Shown: piece after piece, positions 1 through 17,597 of the stretch
Position numbering within the stretch: position 1 is the stretch's first letter
How the letters are laid out: each line of letters begins with the position of its first letter
Assembly (NCBI RefSeq): GCF_009914755.1
Contig: NC_060933.1
Reading direction: 5' to 3' (one strand)
Length of the DNA stretch: 64,000 nucleotides
Source of the DNA: the human T2T-CHM13v2.0 reference genome, Homo sapiens
Made by a program: the position numbers and the translations under genes
Notes under the pieces: generated by a model
What the model saw: only the letters and a program-made list of their open reading frames with translations
Database searches by the model: none
What the model was told of the DNA's origin: nothing

Positions 1-1356
1 ACAAACCTTATATCCTAGAATATTATATCCAGTGAAAATATCCTTCAGAAAGAGTTTTCCAGACAAACAGAAGCTGAGGGATTTTATCAGTACCAGAACA
101 TTTCTACAAGAAATGCTAAAGAGAGTTCTTCAACCTGAAAGAAAAGGATATCAATGAGAAATATCATCCAAAGGTGCAAAACTTAGTGGTAATTATGGGG
201 TTGAGTAGAAATCTTGATATCTATCTTGAGTAGAAAGATTAAAAGATGAACTAATCAAAAATAATAACTACAACAACTTTTCAAGACATAGCTAGTATAA
301 TAAGATATAAATAAAAACAACAAAAAGTTTAAAAGTTGGGGGATGAAGTTAAATGTAAAGTTTTTATTAGTTTTCTCTTTGCTTGTTGGTTTATTTAATC
401 AGTGTTAAGTTGTCATCAGCTTACAATAATGAGTTATAAGATATTATTTGCAAGCCTCATGGTAACCTCAAATCAAAAAACATACAACAGATACACACAA
501 AACAAAAAGCAAAATATTAAAACATATCACCAGAGAAAATCACCTTCACTAAAAGGAAGACAGGAAGGAAAGAAAGAAGGAAGAGACGACCACAAAGCAA
601 TCAGAAAACAAATAACAAAATGGCAGAATAAGTTCTTACATATCAATAATAACATTGAATATAAATGGACTAAACTCTTCAATCAAAAGACAGTGGCTGA
701 ATGAATAAAAAAGCAAGACCCAATAATCTGTTGCCTACAAGAACCACACTTCACCTATATATACACACACACAGACTGAAAATAAAGAGATGGAAAAAGA
801 TATTCCATGCAAATGGAACCCAAAAAACAGGAGTAGCTATACTTATATCAGACAAAATATATTTCAAGATTAAAAACTCTAAAAAGAGACATAGTCATTG
901 TATAATGATAAAGGGGTCAATTCAGCAAGAAGATATAACAATTGTAAATATATATACATGCACTACTGGAACACCAAGATATATAAAGAAAATATTATTA
1001 GAGTTAACAAGAGATAGAACCCAGTACAATAATAGCTGGAAACTTCAGCACCCCACTTTCAGCATTGGACAGATCATCCAGACAGATAATCAACAAAGAA
1101 ACATCAGACTTAATCTGCATTACAGACCAAATGGACCTAATATTTACAGACCATTTGATCCCAGCCACAGAATACACATTCTTCTCCTCAGCACATAGAT
1201 TATTCTCAAGAATAGAACATAAGTTAGGCCACAAAATAAGTCTTAAAACATTCAGAATAATTGAAATCATATAAAGTATCTGCTGTGATCACAATGGAAT
1301 ATAATGAGAAATCAAAAATAAGGAATTTGGGAAACTATAGAAACACTTAGAAATTA
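1..1356 (+). mobile_element. Old LINE-1 (L1MA2/L1MA3-like), part 1: end of ORF1, spacer, degenerate ORF2 endonuclease region
   Basis: Frameshifted ORF2 endonuclease peptides (RLKIKRWKKIFHANGTQKTGVAILISDKI; MDRSSRQIINKET) and A-rich sense strand. The element resumes at 4068 after two nested insertions. Confidence 0.9.
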
Positions 1357-1357
1357 G

Positions 1358-3845
<2,488 letters not shown>

Positions 3846-4067
3846 ACAATGAGAACACATGGACACAGGAAGGGGAACATCGCACTCTGGGGACTGTTGT
3901 GTGGTGGGGGGAGGGGGGAGGGATAGCATTAGGAGATATACCTAATGCTAAAGGACGAGTTAATGGGTGCAGCACACCAGCATGGCACATGTATACATAT
4001 GTAACTAACATGCACATTGTGCACATGTACCTTAAAACTTAAAGTATAATAATAATAATAATAAAAA

Positions 4068-6685
4068 GAAATTAAACTATATGCTCCTGCATGACCAGTG
4101 AGTCAATGTAGAAATTAAAGAAGGAAATTCAAAATTTTTCTTGAAACAAATAATGGAAACACACATACCAAAACCTACTGGATACAGCAAAAGCAGTAGT
4201 AAGAAGTTTATAGCTATAAGCACCTACATCAAAAAAGAAAACTCAAACAACCTAATGATGCATCTTAACAAACTAGAAAAGCAAAAGCAAAACAAACCCC
4301 AAATTACAAGAAATAATAAATATCAACAGAATTAAATGAAATAAATGAAGAAAACCATAGAAAATATGAAAGAAACAAAAACTTGGCTTTTGGAAAAATA
4401 AATAAAATTGACAAACCTTTAACCAGACTAGGAAAGAAAGAGAAAAGACACAAATAAAATCAGAGATGAAAAAGGAGATATTACAACTATGATACTGCAG
4501 AAATTCAAAGGATCATTAGAGGGTATTATCAGCAACTATATCCCAGTAAATTGGAAAACCTAGAAGAAGTAGATAAGCTCCTAGACACATGCAACCTACC
4601 AAGATTGAATCATGAAGAAATTAAAAACCTGGACAGACCAATAAGAGGGTATTGAAGCCATAATAAAAAATATCCCAGTCAAGAAAGCCTGGAACTTGAT
4701 GGCTTCACTGATGAATTTTATCAAACATTTAAAGAAGAACTAATACCAATCCTACCCAAAATATTCCAAAAAACAGAGTAGAGAATACTTTCAAACTCAT
4801 TCTATAAGGCCAGTATGAGCCTGATACCAAAACCAAACAAAAACACATGAAAAAGAGAAAACTACAGTCTAATATCCCTAATGAAAACTGTTGCAAGAAA
4901 TCCTCAACAAAATATTAGCAAACCAAATTCAGCAACACGTTAAAGACGATCACTCATTATGACCAAATAGGATTTATCCCAGAGATGCAAAGCTGATTCA
5001 ACATACACAAATCAATCAATGTGATACATCGTATCATCAGAATGAGGGACAAAAACTATACGATCATGTCAATTGATGCTGAAAAAGCATTTGATACAAT
5101 TCAACATCACTTCATGATTAAAAAAAAACTGGGCATAGAAGGAACACACCTCAACACAACAAAAGCCATATATGACAGACCCCCAGCTAGTATCATATTG
5201 AATGAGAAAAACTGAAAGCCTTTCCTCTAAGATCTAGAACATGACAAGGATGCTGATTTTCACTACTGTTATTCATCATATTACTACAAGTCCCAGCTAG
5301 AACAATCACACAAGAGAAAGAAAAGCCATCCAAGTTAGAAAGGAATAAGTCAAATTATCTTTGCTTGCAGATGATATGATCTTATACTTGAAAAAAATCT
5401 AGACTTCACAAAAAAACTATTAGAACTGATAAATTTAGTAAAGTTGCCAGATACAAAATCAACACACAAAAATCAGTAGCAGTTCTACATGCCAACAGCA
5501 ATCAATCTGAAAAAGAAGTCAAGAAAGTTATCCTATTTAAGAAATGAAAGAGCTCTACAATGAAAACTATAAAACATTGATAAAAGAAATTGAAGAGGAC
5601 ACAAAAAAATGGAAAGATATTCCATGTTCATGGATTGACAAAATCAATATTGTTAAAATGTCCATACTACCTAAAGCAATCTACAGATTCAAAGCAATCT
5701 CTATCAAAATACCAATGACATTATCCACAGAAAAAGAAAAAAAAAAATCATAAAATGTATGTGGATCCACAAAAGACCCAGAATAACCAAAGCTATCCTT
5801 AGCAAAAAGAACAAAACTGGAGGAATCACATTACCTGACTTCAAATTATACTACAGAGCTATGGTAACCAAAACAGCATGGTACTAGCATAAAAACAGAC
5901 ACATAGACCAACAGAACAGAATTTAAAAACCCAAAAACAAATTGATATACCTACAGTAAACTCCTTTTCAACAAGGTTGCCAAGAACATACACTGGACAA
6001 AGAACAATCACCTCAATAAATGGTGCTGGGAAAACTGGATATCCATATGCAGAAGAATAAAAATAGACACCTATGTCTTACCATATATAAAAATCAAATC
6101 AAAATGGATTAAAGACTTAAATCTAAGACCTCAAACCATGAAACTACAAAAATACAACATTAGAAACATTAGGGAAACTCTCCATGACTTTGAACTATGG
6201 AAAGATACTTTGAGTAATATCCCACAAGCATAGGCAAGCAAAGCAAAAATGAACAAATGGGATCATATCAAGTTAAAAAGCTTCTGCACACCAAAGGAAA
6301 CAATCAGCAAAGTGAACACACAACCAACAGAATGGGAGAAAATATTTGCAAACTATCCATCTAACAAGGGATTAATAACCAGAATATATAAGGAGCTCAA
6401 ATAACCATACAGGGAAAAAAATCTAATACTCCGATTTAAAAAGGGCAAAAGATCCGAATAGAAATTTCTCAAAAGACAACATACAAATGGCAAACAATTA
6501 TATGAAAAGACATAAAAATGGCAAACAATCATATGAAAAGGTCTCAGCAGTATTGATCATCAGAGAAATGCAAGTCAAAACTATAATGAGATATCATCTC
6601 ACCCCAGTTAAAGTCCTTCTATCCAAAAGACAGGCAATAACAAATGCTGGTGAGTATGTGGAGAAGAAAGAACCCTCGTACACTG
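4068..6685 (+). mobile_element. Old LINE-1 (L1MA2/3-like), part 2: degenerate ORF2
   Basis: Broken ORF2 peptides ([13 protein letters not shown]; [23 protein letters not shown]; [17 protein letters not shown]) continuing the element from 1356. Confidence 0.9.
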
Positions 6686-6857
6686 CCACCATGTAAGACG
6701 TGCCTTTGATCCTCCTTTGCCTTCTGTCATGATTGTTAGGCCTCACCAGCCTCCCCTGGTAGTATGTGGAACTGTGAATCCATTAAACCTCTTTTTCTTT
6801 ATAAATTATGCAGTCACAGGTATGTCTTTATTAGTAGCATAAGAACAGAGTATTACA
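6683..6857 (+). mobile_element. MSTA/THE1-type MaLR LTR, 3' half only
   Basis: ccaccatgtaagacgtgcc ... gtggaactgtgaatccattaaacctc ... ends tattaca. Confidence 0.8.
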
Positions 6858-7040
6858 ATTTAAAAATAACTAAAAGAGTTAATTAGATTGTTTGTAACAG
6901 AAAGGTTAAATGCTTGAGGTGATGGATGCCCCATTTACCCTGATGTGATTATTACACATTTTATGCCTATATCAAAATATCTCATGTACCCCATAAATAT
7001 ATACACCTACTATGTATGCACAAACATTAAAATTTAAAAA
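6858..7040 (+). mobile_element. L1MA2/3-like 3' end
   Basis: aaatgcttgaggtgatggat...catgtaccccataaatatatacacctactatgta followed by an A-rich tail. Confidence 0.85.
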
Positions 7041-7175
7041 GAAACTAGAAAAAAATCAAAGTACTACGTAGAAGAAAGGAAATGAAAATAAGAGCAGAAT
7101 TAATCAAATAGAAAGTGGACAAAGAGAAAATTTAAAAGTCAATAGTTGGTTCTTTGATTAGACAATAAAATTGAT

Positions 7176-7478
<303 letters not shown>

Positions 7479-8516
7479 CTAACAAGATTAATAACTAAAA
7501 AAGAAAGAAAACATAAATTACCAACATAAGAAATGAAGGAATGGACATATGGGATATTATAGACAACTTTATGCTAACAAATTTGAAAAACTAAGATAAA
7601 TGAACAAAACTGACACAAAAAGAATTAGAAAAGCAATTGCTCCGTATCTACTTTTTGTATTTGATTCATTATCAAAAAACCTGCTAACAAAGAAAACTCC
7701 AGGTCCAGATAGCTTCACCAGTAAATTATCTCAACAACTTAAAGAAAATATAATACCAAATTTATACAAACTCTTTTAGAAAATAGAAGGGAATACTTTC
7801 TCAACCTATTTTTTGAAGCCAGCATTACCTAATATCAAAACCAAATAACACGTAACAAGAAAATTACTCACGATTATATATTGAAAATGCTCAACAAAAT
7901 ATTAGCAATATATAAAAAGGATAACACATCAAGACCAGTGAGATTTACCCCAGAAATGCAGGCTTAGTTTAGTATTAGTGAATCCATCAACTCAATTAAT
8001 TCACCACATTCTCAGAATAAGAAAGAAAATTCATGTGGTTAACTCAATAGATGAGAAAAAAGTATTTGACAAAATTTAACACTCATACAAAAAAATTGAA
8101 GTGAGAAAAAGGGAAACTTCTTCAATCTGATCAAGAGATTCTACAAAAAACTTACTGCTAATATCATATTTAATGATGAAATGTTCTTCTAATAAGAATA
8201 GGAGCAAAGAAAAATGTTACCACCACTTTCATTAAACATATTATTGGATATCTACCTGGTACAATAAGGCTCAATAAGAAATAAACAGCACACAAACTGG
8301 AAAGGAAGTAGTAAAACTGTAATCATAGATGAAATTACTATGTGTGTAGAAAACCCTGCAGAACCTAAAAAATATTATTAAGTTTTCAGGATACAAAGTC
8401 AACATATAAAAATCAGTTATATTTCTATATCACAACAACAAATAATTGAAAATGAAAATTTTAAAACTAACACTATTTACAGTAACAATTTTTAAAACAT
8501 CAAATATTCAGGAAGA

Positions 8517-8812
8517 GGCTGGGCACAGTGGCTCATGCCTGTAATCCCAGCACTTTGGGAGGCCGAGGTGGGTGAAACACAAGGTCAGGAGATTGAGACC
8601 ATCCTGGCTAACACGGTGAAACCCTGTCTCTACTAAAAATACAAAAAATTAGCCAGGCGTGGTGGCGGGTGCCGATAGTCCCAGCTACTCAGGAGGCTGA
8701 GGCAGGAGAATGGCGTGAACCCAGGAGGCAGAGCTTGCAGTGGGCTGAGACCCCGCCACTGCATTCCAGCCTGGGCAACAGAGCAAGACTCCGTCTCAAA
8801 AAAAAAAAAAAA
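8517..8812 (+). mobile_element. AluY
   Basis: Dimeric Alu with ggctaacacgg and gaatggcgtgaacc; poly-A tail. Confidence 0.92.
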
Positions 8813-9047
8813 TCCAGGGAATAAATCTAATGATAAATGTGCAAGACTTCTACACTGAAAACTACAACACACTGCTTAGAATAATTAAAGACTTCAGTAC
8901 ATGGGGATGCAGATCAGATTCATGGATTCAAGGCCATAGTGTTAGGTATCCATTCTACCAAATTAACTTAAGAGTTAAAAAGATAGCTCAACCAAAATCC
9001 AAGCTGACAAGGTAATTCTGAAATCTACATGGAAGATAAAATTATTA

Positions 9048-9431
<384 letters not shown>

Positions 9432-11131
9432 TCACTAAAAATCTACAGTAATCAAAACAGTGTAATCTTCACAGGAAGACAAACAGAACAATGGAGCAAA
9501 ATATAGAGTTCAGAAATAGATCCACACATACACAGCAGTTATTTTTTTTTAACTGAGATACTAAGTCGATTTAATGAGAAAAGGTTTTTTTCACCAAGGC
9601 ATATAAATTTAATAAAATCAAACTATGACAAGTTCTACACTAGATGGATAAACTTGTTGCTGTGGGAGCCCAGGGAAGCTGAGTGATTAATTCTTCAATG
9701 AGAAAAGCTGGGTTTTTTTTGTGGTTGTTGTTGTTTGTTTTTGTTGTGGAAAAAAATGGTACTGACACCACTGTATATTCCTATGGAAACGATGAAAATA
9801 CAAAGAACCCTTACAAACCAACAACAACAAAAAACCCCAACCCAATTAAAATGAGCAAAAGACAAACTCTTCACAGAAGTAAACATATAAACGGCCAGTA
9901 AGGACAGAGAAAGAAGCCCAACATCCTTAGTCATCAGAGAAATGCAAACTAAAACCATGAGATACTAATTTATACCAACTAAATGGTTTAAAATTTAAAA
10001 TTTACAATAACAAATACTGGAGAAGAACTCTCACTCATTGCTGGTAGGAGTGTACAACCATTTTGGAGAACTATTTTCCAGTTCTTTGGAAAGTTAAATA
10101 TATATATCTACCCAAACAATCTAGTAATTCCAGTCCTAGGTGTATAAACAAAATAAATTAAAGTATATATCTACAAAAATATTTATACAAAAATGTTCAT
10201 AGCAATATTATCAGGCAAAACTGTAAACAACCCAAATGTCCATCCACAGGAGAATAGATAAATAAATTATGGTAGATTCATACCCTGGAATGGTATGAAT
10301 AGAGGGATGGACTCTAGTGTGAATGGTATGAATAGAGGGAATGGTATGAATAGCAATAGAGGGATGAACTATTGATATATGCAACAAATGGATTAATCTC
10401 AAATCATCTTAACCAAAAGGAGACAAGCATAATAGATACTATATTATTCCATTTATATAAGGTCCAAGAACAGGCAAAAAACATCAATGGCAATAGAAAT
10501 CCAAAAATGGTTTTCCCTGGGGTTGCTGGAAGAGGAGAAAATTGACCAGACTGGGGTATGAGGGTACTTTCTAAGGTAATGGAAATATTCTACATCATGT
10601 TTGGGATGATGGTTAAACAATCTATACAATTGTCAAAACTCATCCACCTGAACACTTACATGTGCATTTTGCTATATGTAATTATGAATATAATTATTCA
10701 TATAATATATATAACCTAAAAAAATAAGTAATTGAAAATGAAAATTTTTAAACCAACGATACTTACAGTAACAACTTTAAAAACATCAAATATCCAGCAA
10801 TAAATCTAATGAAAAATGTGCAAGACTTCTACACTGAAAACTACAACGCACTGCTTAGAACAATTAAAGACTTCGGTACATGGAGATATAGACCAGGTTC
10901 ACAGATTCAAGAAGGCTATAGTGTTAGGTTTTCTGTGAAGGGCTGGATAACCTGCACCATTCTTTTCAGAAACATTTCTTCATGGCTTTATCTCCTACCT
11001 CTTGCAACTTCTGACCCCTAAATCTCTCTTCCATTCTCATTTCCAGGCCAGGATCTCTAACTGCTTGCAGGGAAACATCACCTGAATGTTCTTGGAAACA
11101 CAACACATCAAGAATGGAAATAATCATTCCT

Positions 11132-11438
11132 TATTTATTTATTTATTTATTTATTTAGAGACGGAGCTTGCTCTGTCTCCCAGGCTGGAGTTCAGTGGTA
11201 TGTGATCTCGGCTCACTGCAACCTCCGACTCTCTGGTTCAAGCGATTCTCCTGCCTCAGCCTCCTGAGTAGCCGAGATTACAGGCACGCACCACCATGTC
11301 TGGCTAATTTTTGTATTTTTAGTAGAGACTGGGTTTCACCATGTTGGCCAGGATGGTCTCGATCTCCTGACCTTGTGATCCACCCACCTCCTCCTCCCAA
11401 AGTGCTGGGATTACAGGTGTGAGCCACCGCACCCGGCC
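11132..11438 (-). mobile_element. AluS with (TTTA)n tail
   Basis: Reverse-oriented Alu; TSD tcattcct. Confidence 0.9.
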
Positions 11439-11589
11439 TCATTCCTCTTACCAATCAAATCTCTCTTATCAAACTTAACACCCAACCTGCTTGACAATCT
11501 CCAAATATGGCAGCACTCTCATGCTTCTGTGCTTCTCCCCAGGCAATTCCCTCTGCTTCCCTTTCATCATCCACCTGGCACCCAGCTGT

Positions 11590-11800
11590 TAAACTCTGAC
11601 TTGTCTTGCAAGACCCAGGTCAAATATTACCTCTTCTTGACAGCATTTCCCAACATCCACTCCACTACCAGCAGCAGCCATCTTGGAAGATGGGTTGCAT
11701 CCTTTGCTGCACTCCCACAGTATGTGGCACTGTTTAGGAAATCCGTTATGGTTATCTGTGCACATGTCCGCCTCCCCAACTAGAATGTCAGCTCCTTGAG
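11590..11800 (+). mobile_element. L2 fragment
   Basis: ctccccaactagaatgtcagctccttgagggc resembles the L2 3' region. Confidence 0.5.
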
Positions 11801-11980
11801 GGCGGTATTTTTAAGTCAAAATTAATGCAGAAATTAATTCAAATTCATGCAAACTTAATATGACAGGGCCAGTATTATGGAAAGGTAGGTCATGCAAGTT
11901 TTGGGCCAGATCCTGTCTTTATTTAAAATTTTGACATTTTGTTCATCATGGACTTTTTGCATAAGTGTTACTTTTTTTTA

Positions 11981-12283
<303 letters not shown>

Positions 12284-12337
<54 letters not shown>

Positions 12338-12534
12338 CAAATTGTATATATAATATATATTATATAATACTAATTTTTTATATATATAATACAAATTTTT
12401 ATATATATACAATGTGTTTTATATACATTATATAAAATTTGTATTATATATATGTATATATACATATATGTATGTGTGTATATATACATATATACATAAG
12501 TGTGTGTATGTGTGTGTGTGTGTGTGTGTGTATA
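12284..12534. repeat. Compound microsatellite: (TA)~24, AT-rich spacer, (TG)n
   Basis: Directly visible in the sequence. Confidence 0.95.
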
Positions 12535-13789
12535 TCTTGATGACTGGATTTGTTGCTGCCCCCTTAGATTTGTAGCTGAGGTGAGTGCCTCACTCCATTC
12601 ACTCACTCCATTCCCTCTAGTCTTGGCACCGAATTAGTAACCAGCAGTTATAGGAGTCTAATCTGGGTTTCTCTAATTCCAAAACAATACTGCCTCCAAA
12701 GATCAAAAAGACCAGACGGTATCCAGCTTCTGAAGGAGTTCACAGTGTGACAACAGACCATGACAAGTAGATGGACAGTTACAACAGAAATGACATCTGC
12801 CACCACAGATGTGACTACAGGGGGCTGTGTACAGAAAAGCAAGTGGCTAACCTTGCCTGAACCCATCAAGGAAGAATACACAAAAGAGGAAAGGCTTGAG
12901 TATAAAGAATTTCCCTGATGTGGATCTACCCACTCGCCTTGGAGGGCAGTAGCAGCTATAGCAAATTTCAGACAATTGTTTGTCTCTCTGAAAACTAGAC
13001 TATAATTGTCTTTTACCTTCAGCGTGTTTCCCATTACATTCTGAGCATCTTAGAACAAAGGCTGGGTGGCATTCAGCTGAAGCTCGGTAAGCAGGGGTGG
13101 AATGTATGACTGAATGGATGAATGAATGAGGAGGAATGGCCATACCAGCACCACCTCTGCCTTCTGTGTACAGAGGGAGCAGCAAGGCTGCAGGCACCAC
13201 GGCACTGCAGAGGGACATTTGTTGACAGACAGCAGGAGAGAGCCACACTAACCTCTCCCGAGAGGCATTCTGACAGACTGATCCCAGGGGCTTGGGCAAG
13301 TGCACACACGTGGGCGCACACAAGGCTGCCTTTGAGCAATGTGTGGAATGTGGCCTCTGGATGGCATGTGCTCTAAAGAGCCTCCAGGGTCCACCAGGCA
13401 GACAGATGGCACTGGCCTGAGAAAAGTCTAGCTCTGTGTGTCCATAGCAATAAAAATATCATCTGCAGCCACACTGGGCAGGGCTGGAGACACAGCAAGG
13501 GAGGAGGTGGCACGGGATGAGGGTGGAAGAAGCAGCTACTGTCAGATCAGACCACAGCAGAGGACAACTGCAGGCGCCACCTCTCCTTCCCAAAGAAGGC
13601 AGCCTCTGTTCCTAGAGGATGAGCCTCGTGTCTACGTAATAAATGTGTGACTCGAGCACGTAACTCTTCTTCCCCATCTATAACTGTGGGTGAAATTTCC
13701 CACCTGGTTATGAGGATTAAAACAGGTACAAAAATGCTTCCCTAGTGTTGGCACCCAGTGGGTGCCAAATAAATATCAGCTCTAGTTGT

Positions 13790-14165
13790 TAACAGATTTT
13801 AGAGTAGTTTTAGGTTTACAGCAAAATTGAGAGGAAAACAGATTTTCCATATGCCCCTTGCCCCAACACATGCCTAGCCTCCCATTATCACTATCCCCCA
13901 CCAAAATGGTACATTTTTTATAACTGATAAACACACATTGACTCATCATTATTATCCAAAGCCCATGGTTTACATTAGGGTTCATTCTTGGTGTTATACA
14001 TCCTATGGGTTTGGAAAAATGTATAATGACATGCCTCCACCATTACAGTATCATCCAGAGCCGTTTCACTGCCCTAAAAATCCTCTGTGCTACCCATCTT
14101 CATCCCTCCCTTCCCCCAAAACTGACAACCACTGACTGCTCCGTAGTTTTACCGCTTCCATACTG
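13790..14165 (-). mobile_element. L1MC/L1MD-type 3' end
   Basis: ttttaggtttacagcaaaattgag...ggtttacattagggttcattcttggtgt. Confidence 0.75.
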
Positions 14166-14174
14166 CCTCCATAG

Positions 14175-14478
<304 letters not shown>

Positions 14479-15116
14479 CAGTTTTGTCTTTTTATCAATT
14501 CTATTTTGGATCTGCCTTCTCACCCAGAAAAATAAAATACGGCTTCAAACTAATTATCACTGGGGGTTTCTCAGAGGTGAAAATGTTGTGCTACATGGAG
14601 AGACACGGCCAATCCACTCATGCTTCTCCTTAACAGAGTCCCAGAATAAAATCCAGCACTGCCAGTTCTGCAAGTGACCAGATCTGTTGACTGTTTCTTC
14701 ATCCATATAGTGGGGATAATAACAGCGATGGGAATTGACAGCTCTTTGAAAAGCATAAAATGTATCGCAAGTTTGCTCATTCATTTGCTGGTTGGGTCTG
14801 TTTTTATGAACCTCTTGTGGGCCAGATACTATGGGCCCATAGCTCACATAGTGCTGCAACAATTCTACAAGGCAGAAACTGAGCTCAGATTGGTAACAGG
14901 ATGTTCAAGGTACCAAAGGTAATAAGGGACAAAGCTATTTGAACTAGGGTGTGTCTGGCTCCAAAGCCTCAGTTTATTCCATTACTAGCAAGGAATTCAT
15001 ATGTTGAACAAGGCAGCAAGTTCTACGCTCGTAACAGTAAAAAGCAGTAATTTTTCAGCCCTGCCGCAGTGAGTCACAGAGGAGGTGATATTTGAGCTCT
15101 GTCTTTATAGTAGGAG

Positions 15117-15548
15117 CTGTTGGTGCTGCTGGCCTAGCTCTTCTCTACCTGGTGGGCATGCTCATCCCCCAGATGCCTTTCCAGAGAATTGCCTGCAGCA
15201 GACAGAAGTCACCTAGCCTGACAGTGCCTGAAAGGTTGTGCACACTCCCCATCCGTCAAAAACCCAAGAGCAACCCTCAGTCAATACCTGGCTGATTCAG
15301 AGTAGAAAAGTCTGGTTCCCTGGCTTCCAGCACACTCTGCACACTCCTGAGCTCCCTGTGGGATCAGGGTGAGACCAGGCCACCTGTCAATCAGTGGAAG
15401 CAGCTTAAACCATCACTTTGATTGGCATCATCTTTGCCTTATCCTGTGTCCCTCGCTTCCTTACAGGCTTTTCTTCTGTGAGAACTCACTAAGCCATAAG
15501 TGTAAGTAACCCCATCCCAGGGCTACTTCTAGGAACCTGACCCAACAC
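15117..15548 (+). mobile_element. ERVL LTR relic (LTR16-like)
   Basis: gagaattgcc...gagctccctgtgggatcagggtgag...cttctaggaacctgacccaacaca resembles LTR16. Confidence 0.45.
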
Positions 15549-16369
15549 AATCTTAGGGATGAGTTGAAATGTCTTTTAATTAAGAAAAACAAGAAGCGCA
15601 TTCTCATTTTACAAACGTCTTCGATTAAAAAAAAAAAAAAAACTTGGGTCTGGCACGGTAGTATTTTCAGAGAGAAAAATCAATCAAAACATAATCAAAA
15701 ATTTCCAAACTTCAAGGTGAAGAGGGGCTCACAGAGTTCTGTAAGAATGGAGGGGTTCAATGAGAGAGATCTAATCAGGATTGTGCTTGAAAAAAATGTT
15801 CCTTGTCCTAGTAGGACCAAGGGAGATTAGTTGGATTGGAAGAGAAAGCGTAGAGGTGGGAAAATTGGATGTAAGGTGTTATCCAAATGATGTAATTAGA
15901 GTCAGGAAGTATATTGGAAAGGAGCATAATATTTTTGGAAACTGTTAACTAAAATTGTGAAACATTCATAAATAATATTCTTCCAATTTTAATGTGATCT
16001 GTTCTTGATGACTGTTTCTCTTTCCACTGAGGGTTTATTCAAGGTCTCAAGGGTAAAAATCATCCTAAATCCAATTCACCTGGGAGCCCCCTGCCTGCCA
16101 AGCCCTGTGCTGGGCACTGGTCCCTACCCTTGCTGCACCCATAGTCTGGTGGACTTGAGACCAAGCGACAGCTGCCTCAAGGATTAGAAACAAGCCAGCA
16201 ATAATCTTTTCCTTTTCATGTCAGCCCTCCCCCGATTTGTAATGATATTTCTCATTTAATGCACTCTTATCCAATGTGTCACTGATTAACAGTGTAATTT
16301 TGGCAAGCAGACAGTCCTGAGAACCCAATGTTTGCATAAGGGCTGATGCAATTTAAAGACCATGGGCTC

Positions 16370-16585
16370 CACCATCAGAAAGACATGGAATCCAATCCCA
16401 GCTCTGCCTCTTGGTGGCTGTTTGCCCTAGAACAATGTGTTAACCTCTTTTGAGACTCATTTTCTCATCTAAAAATTAAGGACTATAATATCTACCTATA
16501 AAACTCTTTGAAGGAATGAAGTAGGACAGGAGAAGTAGAGTTCTTAGAATACTGCCTGGCTCAAAGTAGGTGCTCAATAAATGGA
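16370..16585 (+). mobile_element. MIR
   Basis: aatcccagctctgcc...ttttctcatctaaaaat...gtaggtgctcaataaatg. Confidence 0.75.
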
Positions 16586-17277
16586 AACAACTGTATTACC
16601 ATTATTTAAATCTTGCTGCAGTGATTCCTAAATTTGGACCAAGGGGAGACAAAGATCTCTAGCTGGTGTCCTCATCTGGCCTTTCATCTCTTGATTTGCC
16701 AACCGTCTTGTGTTGTTTGAGGGGTGACTGTTGAAAACGAGTATCATGTGCCATGAGAGTTGGCATGTGGTTTCAGAATAATTATGGGTCAGACGGGCCA
16801 CATGGCATCTGAAAAATGGATAGGAAATATGTATCTTGGCATAATACTCTGAGAAGTGAGCCTTTGTCCCCTCTGCTGTTTTACCTTCAAAGCAAGAAGG
16901 TGACATCTGTCCGTGTTCCACCTGCCTGGGATGTCAGAAACAGAGCAAATGGGTAGGGCCCCATACCAGAAGAGCCCAAGCATCTCAGCTGCACTCAGAT
17001 GCCAGGAATTTGGGGAAAATGGGAGCAATCACCTAACCCCATTGCCCTGCAAGTCCTCCTCCAGGCCTTCTGTAAGGAGAGACAGAAACCAAGCAGGCCA
17101 TTCCTGTAGCCCCTTTTTCCCATCAGGATTCTAAGGTCTGAGGCTTCAATATCTCTGCCAGTTGAGCTCTAAGAAAGTTGGCATCTGAAATCTCAAGGCC
17201 GGGGCCCATCCCCCTCTGCCCCCTTATACTCCCCAAAGTCCTGTTGAGAAAGCTTTTAATATCTCATCAAAAAATCA

Positions 17278-17597
<320 letters not shown>

